From: Thermoproteota archaeon
GTDB lineage: Archaea; Korarchaeota; Korarchaeia; Korarchaeales; Korarchaeaceae
Length of the DNA: 50,303 bases
NCBI GenBank assembly: GCA_027491735.1
Contig: JAOZGP010000028.1
Location: 1 to 50,303, forward strand
Direction of reading: 5' to 3'
Positions 45,269 to 50,303 of this stretch are shown one piece after another. Below the pieces are notes generated by a model, which had not been told where the DNA came from, searched no databases, and saw nothing but the letters and a program-made list of their open reading frames with translations. The position numbers and the translations under genes were made by a program. Position 1 is the first letter of the stretch. Each line of letters starts with the position of its first letter.

Positions 45269-45316
45269 AATGAAGGCATATTTTTATTGAGATCCGATGA
45301 GATATGCTTGATCTTC

Positions 45317-46087
45317 ATGGTGTGGACTAACCTAGTAGAGCTCAAGAGACCGCAGAGAAGGACAGAGGTAGCAATAGCTGGCTTTCCTGGAGTAGCCAAC
45401 GTCGGTGGCCAAGTTCAATCGTATCTCAGAAGTAAGCTCAATGGAGAACCTATAGCTAGACTCTATTCTGAACATCTCCTCCTTCCAGGGAACGTGGCCG
45501 GGATCCTCATAGAGCCCAATGGGGAGTTTTCTCTCCCATCAATTGATTTTAATCTAGTAACGAATAAAAAAGGAGATCCTTTCATCTTAGTACACAGCCA
45601 CGTGCAACCTCTCCCATGGGGACAGCTGGAGATAGCACATCAATGTATAGATTACCTGGAAGGACTGGGAGTAAAGAGGATCGTGATAGTAACGGGGTTT
45701 GCCAAAAGCGAGGATGTAGGCAAGGTCCTGGTCTTTGGCAACGACCAGGAGATCGTTAGGAGGGTAAAAGAGGCAGGTGGCATTGAAAACAGGGAAATAA
45801 AGACGATAATAGGACTTGCCGGTGCCTTTCTGGCGACTGTAAAGAAAGTGGGAGGGATCAGTTTTGTCTCACTTACAGGAGTGGCGGAGGATTCCTCGTA
45901 CTACGATCCAAGAGCATCTAGATCCGTTCTTGAGATTCTCAACAAGGTGTTCGATCTCGGAGTTGACTTGAGAGACTTGGACGAGATCATAGAGCGTCTA
46001 GAGAAGATAAGGAGGAAAGTTTTAGAAGAACTGGAGTCCCAGCTTTCTAAACCAAGCGAAGAAGAGTCGCCAAGTTATGTGGGGTGA
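45317..46087 (+). CDS. PAC2-family proteasome assembly chaperone-like protein
   Basis: GFPGVANVG, QP...GQ.E, IIGLAG, DPRAS..VL, C-terminal ..SYVG. Confidence 0.85.
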   Translation: MVWTNLVELKRPQRRTEVAIAGFPGVANVGGQVQSYLRSKLNGEPIARLYSEHLLLPGNVAGILIEPNGEFSLPSIDFNLVTNKKGDPFILVHSHVQPLPWGQLEIAHQCIDYLEGLGVKRIVIVTGFAKSEDVGKVLVFGNDQEIVRRVKEAGGIENREIKTIIGLAGAFLATVKKVGGISFVSLTGVAEDSSYYDPRASRSVLEILNKVFDLGVDLRDLDEIIERLEKIRRKVLEELESQLSKPSEEESPSYVG

Positions 46088-46421
46088 TAAAATTCCTCTG
46101 AATAGATTGAAGGAGAAACTCACGAAGGAAAATATGTGGCTTTATGTTCTCGCACTGCTCAAGGAAAGACCCCGGTATCCCTACGAGATAGCTGATGAGA
46201 TAGAGAAGAGGTTCGGATGGAGACCAGCTAGAGTGACTGCTTACATAGTCCTGAGGTCCTTGAGGTCCAAGGGATACGTTAAAATGGTTAAGAAGAGAGG
46301 AGATTTGGGCAAGATGCGTAATTACTTCGAGATAACAAAGAAGGGAGAGGACTCCTTCGAGAGAGGCTTGGAATTCATAAGAGAGACTTATCAGAAGCTC
46401 TCAGGGAGGAGCATTGAGTGA
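46077..46421 (+). CDS. PadR-family transcriptional regulator
   Basis: LTKENMWLYVL.LL...P.YPYEI, Y.VL..L...GYV, R.YF.IT.KG. Confidence 0.88.
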   Translation: MWGDKIPLNRLKEKLTKENMWLYVLALLKERPRYPYEIADEIEKRFGWRPARVTAYIVLRSLRSKGYVKMVKKRGDLGKMRNYFEITKKGEDSFERGLEFIRETYQKLSGRSIE

Positions 46422-47461
46422 GGGTCTGGCTTGATGCTCTCACCCCCAAACAGGCGAGGCTGATGACTTCCATTTATAGGGAGCTTCAGGAAGAACATGA
46501 GCTCCTAGTCACGTGCAGATCATATGCGGAAACTGAGGAGATGTTCTTGAAGTCAGGAGTGCAGTTCATCTCCTTAGGGGAGTACGGTGGAGGAGATCTC
46601 GCTGGAAAGCTAATCTCCTATGTAGAGCGTGCCCAAGCACTCCTAGAGATAGTCTCCAATTTTAACCCGGAGGTGCTGATCTCATTATCATCTCCAGAAG
46701 CAGTGCGTGTGGCTTTTGGGCTTGGAATTAAGATCTTCTCACTCAATGATACTCCTCATGCCGAGCATGTTTGTAGGTTAACTCTTCCTCTATCTGATAG
46801 GATCATCTTTCCGGAGGCCATACCCCCGGAACACCTCATACGTGCGGGGGCCTGTCCACCTGCGCTAATCCCCTACAAGGGGGTCGATGAGGTCGCCTGG
46901 ATGAAAAACGTTGAACCGTCGAAGGAGAGACCTTTTGGAGAGGATGTAGTCATCATAAGACCCGAGGAGTCCATGGCCTCCTATCTGAGAAGTGGGCTCC
47001 TAGGAGAGGTCGAGAAGGTGATCCCCATCTGCCTGAAGAAGGGTTATAGGGTCGTTGTGTTTCCGAGGTATCCCGAGCAAAGGAAGGTCTTCGTCAGAAG
47101 GTTTGGTGATTCGATAGCCGTGCCCGATCGCATCCCTGACCTAGCCCCCCACTATCACGGCTTCACCATGGTGATAACGGGGGGAGGCACTATGGCTCGA
47201 GAAGCTGCTCTGGCAGGAACACCGGCTATATCGATCTTCCCTCTCGACGTTAAACTCTATGTGAACGATTACCTCGCCGCGAAAGGCTTTCCCATTTGGA
47301 GGTTTAAATCAGGAGAGAAGGCCATACCTCTCATCGAGGAAATCCTGGATGACCCCAATAGTTTCAGAGTGGACGTCACAGATCTGTTGAACGAGATGGA
47401 GGATCCCTCCTCGATTGTGAGGAGGTTGTTGATGTATGAGGATTGCCGTGCTTGGAGTTAA
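46418..47461 (+). CDS. DUF354-family protein (GT-B-like fold)
   Basis: VWLDALTPKQ, G.YGG, SSPEA.RVAFGLG, NDTPHA, Y.GVDE.AW, RPEE..ASY, GGGTMAREAAL.G.P. Confidence 0.85.
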   Translation: MRVWLDALTPKQARLMTSIYRELQEEHELLVTCRSYAETEEMFLKSGVQFISLGEYGGGDLAGKLISYVERAQALLEIVSNFNPEVLISLSSPEAVRVAFGLGIKIFSLNDTPHAEHVCRLTLPLSDRIIFPEAIPPEHLIRAGACPPALIPYKGVDEVAWMKNVEPSKERPFGEDVVIIRPEESMASYLRSGLLGEVEKVIPICLKKGYRVVVFPRYPEQRKVFVRRFGDSIAVPDRIPDLAPHYHGFTMVITGGGTMAREAALAGTPAISIFPLDVKLYVNDYLAAKGFPIWRFKSGEKAIPLIEEILDDPNSFRVDVTDLLNEMEDPSSIVRRLLMYEDCRAWS

Positions 47462-47774
47462 ACAAGAGCTTCTTGAGGGGATACCCGACCTCTCACTTGA
47501 GCATCTACCTGAAAGAGTTAGTGAGCTTGGAAGATCGATATGGGATGTTGATCTGGTGGTGGTTGAGGGAGCTCATCCTGATGCTAGCCTGATAGCTTTC
47601 ATATCCAAAATAGTTGGAAAGAAAGTTGTTTGCATTGGAAAACCTGGTTCAAGGATTCTAAGAGATCTCACAGATTTCATAGTCACCGAGGATCAGGTGA
47701 CAGATCTCCTGAGGAAGATTGCATCCGACAGCATTGCCAGTGGATCTGCGACGTCACAGACCTCAGGATTGTAG
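47436..47774 (+). CDS. Small hypothetical alpha/beta protein
   Basis: Coupled to the DUF354 gene; MRIAVLG..DLVVVE..GKKVVCIG pattern. Confidence 0.65.
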   Translation: MRIAVLGVKQELLEGIPDLSLEHLPERVSELGRSIWDVDLVVVEGAHPDASLIAFISKIVGKKVVCIGKPGSRILRDLTDFIVTEDQVTDLLRKIASDSIASGSATSQTSGL

Positions 47775-49012
47775 GGAAGGGGTATCTTCCTGAGGTCTTG
47801 CAACCTCATCCTGTTCACTATGGCCAAGGTGAGCATCGCCACCCTGTCCCTCACCCCTCTTTTTCCGAAGACCTGTCCACCCAGTATCCTTCCCATGGAA
47901 TCGGTCACTAGCCAAAGCACGAGTCGATCCCTTCCCTCCATATAACGTGGTAGATCCGATGCCGCTATTCTAAAGGTCGCATGGGTTATTCCAAGTCTCT
48001 CCGCTAGAGAAGCAGTGAGACCAACTCCTCCGAGCAGGTACTTCCCTACGGAAACTATGAAAGGGCTCACAGCTCCTTCATACCTCGTGAACCTCCCTAT
48101 GCAGTTTTGTCCAGCTATTTTTCCCTGAACCATCGCTGTAGAGGCCAATCCTGTCGTTGTAGGCCTTCCTGTTATGAAATCTTTGACCTCTGCTACATCT
48201 CCAGCTGCGAGCACTTGCTTAGAGCTCGTGTAGAAATACTCGTCCACAACTACGCCACCGGTAACCCCTACCTTCAAGCCGGCTTTTTCAGCTAGGGTGG
48301 AGTTTGGTCTAGCTCCCGTTACCACAATCACCGTGTCGGCCTCGTATCTAGCATTGCCACCGATCACCTCTGAAACTCTTCCAGATCGACCGATAATTGA
48401 TCGAAGTGGTGTCTTCACGCGGACCTTCACTTCGAGGGAGGAGAGCGTCTTCGCTGCTAAGGAAGCTATGGGTGGATCAATTTTCCCGGGCATTAATTGA
48501 TCCTCCATCTCAAGCAGGGTTACATCCTTGCCGGTATGTGCTAGCTCTGCAGATACCTCTATTCCGGTAGCACTACCACCGACCACAACTATTTTGTCCC
48601 CCATGATTCCGAGGAGGTGTTCCACGCTCTCCACATCCCACACTGTTCCAACCCCCTCGAGGTCGAGCCCCTCCACCTGGGGGAATGTGGGTTTGAGTCC
48701 TGTAGAGATTATGAGTTTGTCGAAGTCCAAGGACTCTAGATCCCCTCTCCTTTCGTAGGTAACCTTCTTCCGATCGAGGTTCACTGATATCACGTTGGAT
48801 TCCGTTCTAACCTCAACTCCCGGCCAAGGCCTTCTTTCCACCACATCGTCCAGATCTAAACGTCCGCTCAGAACCATGGGAAGTGAACAGGGGTGATATA
48901 TAGGGTATCTATGCCTTTCGAGGACTATAACCTCCGCCTCACGGGAGAGCTTTCTTATTGTGGAGGCCGCAGTCTGTCCGGCCGTACCATATCCGATGAC
49001 CAGAAACCTCAT
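47693..49012 (-). CDS. FAD-dependent pyridine nucleotide-disulfide oxidoreductase (NADH oxidase/CoA-disulfide reductase family)
   Basis: IGYGTAG, Y.PCSLP redox Cys, STG..P, VGGSATG.E, AAGDVAE, dimerisation domain GRILGGQ. Confidence 0.9.
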   Translation of the reverse strand: MRFLVIGYGTAGQTAASTIRKLSREAEVIVLERHRYPIYHPCSLPMVLSGRLDLDDVVERRPWPGVEVRTESNVISVNLDRKKVTYERRGDLESLDFDKLIISTGLKPTFPQVEGLDLEGVGTVWDVESVEHLLGIMGDKIVVVGGSATGIEVSAELAHTGKDVTLLEMEDQLMPGKIDPPIASLAAKTLSSLEVKVRVKTPLRSIIGRSGRVSEVIGGNARYEADTVIVVTGARPNSTLAEKAGLKVGVTGGVVVDEYFYTSSKQVLAAGDVAEVKDFITGRPTTTGLASTAMVQGKIAGQNCIGRFTRYEGAVSPFIVSVGKYLLGGVGLTASLAERLGITHATFRIAASDLPRYMEGRDRLVLWLVTDSMGRILGGQVFGKRGVRDRVAMLTLAIVNRMRLQDLRKIPLPYNPEVCDVADPLAMLSDAIFLRRSVT

Positions 49013-49103
49013 AGTTTATTCAGGACCGGAATCTGTTTTAACCTTGATCACCGCCCAGAAACCTTTATAGAGCATAACAGGAGAGACCTCTAGGTGACTC
49101 TGG

Positions 49104-49874
49104 ATGCCGTTAACAAGACTTGTGGAGATAAAGCGTCCAGATATCGGAGCTCCAGTCCTGATACAGGGCGTGCCAGGCTTGGGATTGGTGAGCCGAATAG
49201 CTGTAGGACATCTTGTGGAGGAGCTGAAAGCCGAGAAGGTTGCTGAGATATACAGTGATTGGATAACCCTTCCCGACGGCTCGCTGGGAGTTAAGATCGA
49301 GAAGGAAGATATCAAAGTGCCTATATATGAGATCTACCACTCGAAACATGAGGATAAAGATTTCCTACTCGTTTTATCCGATTCTCAGCCCCTCCCCACG
49401 GGACAATATGAGGTAGCTAACCTCCTGCTCGATTACGCCGAGAGGTTCGATGTTAAACTGGTTATAACCCTCGGCGGATATGTTCCGGAGAGTGAGGAAG
49501 TTGAAGGCGTGTTCGCTACGTCCTACGATGAGAGGTTATTTGAAGAGCTGGAGCCTCTAGGTGTCAAAAGGCTCCAGGAGGGCTACGTTACAGGTGGGGC
49601 AGGCGTTCTGGTGGGACTAGCTAAGGTAAGAGGAATTCCAAGTGTATGTATATTGGCGACCACGGGGGGCTCTCTCCCTGACCCAGATTCATCCATCAGG
49701 GTGCTCAGGGTTCTTGAGTCGTGGTTGCAGATAAAAGTGGATTACCATAAGCTAGAGGAGATAAGGGATGCCATAAAGCGAAGCACGATTGAGGAGGAGC
49801 CCAAGAGTGACATATTGGAGAAACTGCAGAAAATACGAGAGAAAGAGGAAAGAGGCGTACCTTACCATCTATAA
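49104..49874 (+). CDS. Second PAC2-family proteasome assembly chaperone-like protein
   Basis: QGVPGLGLVS, DSQP...GQYE, ITLGGY, VTGGAG.L.G, PDP, C-terminal ..PYHL. Confidence 0.88.
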   Translation: MPLTRLVEIKRPDIGAPVLIQGVPGLGLVSRIAVGHLVEELKAEKVAEIYSDWITLPDGSLGVKIEKEDIKVPIYEIYHSKHEDKDFLLVLSDSQPLPTGQYEVANLLLDYAERFDVKLVITLGGYVPESEEVEGVFATSYDERLFEELEPLGVKRLQEGYVTGGAGVLVGLAKVRGIPSVCILATTGGSLPDPDSSIRVLRVLESWLQIKVDYHKLEEIRDAIKRSTIEEEPKSDILEKLQKIREKEERGVPYHL

Positions 49875-50303
49875 GTTTGTCAGGCGACGCCCCTCGGTGC
49901 ATGAGACCTCCGACATGAAGGTCTGCGAGGTCGGGCCTTAGATAGGGCCTCACGCCTCGAACTCATCAGCCCTCCGGTTCTGTCGAAAACCTGACATCCC
50001 TGTTGAGGGACGCGGGATGTGATCTGTTGGAGGGAGGGGGTATCTGGCACCTCCTCTATGCAGTCCTTCGAGGTCTTACAAGCAGCAAGAAGATGAGGGG
50101 TTCGACGTAGTGCTGTTGGTGGAGGGGAAGCCTCCGATCTAGTTGCCCACAATCTCCGCAAAGTTAGTAAGAAAGGGCCTTCGAGGGAAACGAAGACCAT
50201 CATATCTCCCCTCAAGCCCAGTGGGGCTTGAGACCCACACGCCGGGGGTCGCACCACTGACCACACCTCAGGGCATGTGAAAAAAGCTGCATTGCTCGAA
50301 GGC

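Noticed and set aside
1241-49953. Numerous antisense and alternate-frame ORFs nested in housekeeping genes (e.g. 5714..6304, 29862..30368, 38702..39199, 40383..40874)
   Set aside because: They lie within confidently assigned genes, have Ser/Pro/Leu-rich shadow composition and show no motifs.
1-50303. CRISPR arrays, cas genes, rRNA, RNase P RNA, inteins
   Set aside because: No regularly spaced repeats or signature motifs were seen by eye, and RadA has normal length.

Overview
A gene-dense archaeal chromosome segment. It carries an HMf-type histone, rps25e, RadA, ABCE1, tetraether synthase, archaeal DtdA/MtaB/AlaS, and ADP-forming acyl-CoA synthetase with IorAB, which suggests an anaerobic, probably thermophilic, peptide-fermenting TACK archaeon (Korarchaeota-like by inference). 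About 50 mostly housekeeping CDSs and one tRNA-Arg(TCG) were found; no rRNA, CRISPR array or intact transposase was seen. Points of interest: (1) an AT-richer decayed island at 1-1130, largely missed by the ORF track, where a broken cdc6/orc1 reads in frame into a family-B DNA polymerase segment with an intact YGDTDS motif, next to a DUF6884-like pseudogene; (2) a tnpB relic with a hairpin-bearing right end; (3) an MFS transporter fused to a DUF47/PhoU-like domain; (4) several intact ORFs lacking their family's catalytic residues (SpeD-like without ESH, TusA without Cys, TtuB-like without GG, Mrp with CPGG, a HerA-like protein without a P-loop, a TIM barrel without metal ligands); (5) tes-GGR and arcE-creatininase operons; (6) unexplained hairpin-rich segments at about 24070-24420 and 49880-50303. 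All family calls come from recognising motifs by eye; no searches were run.
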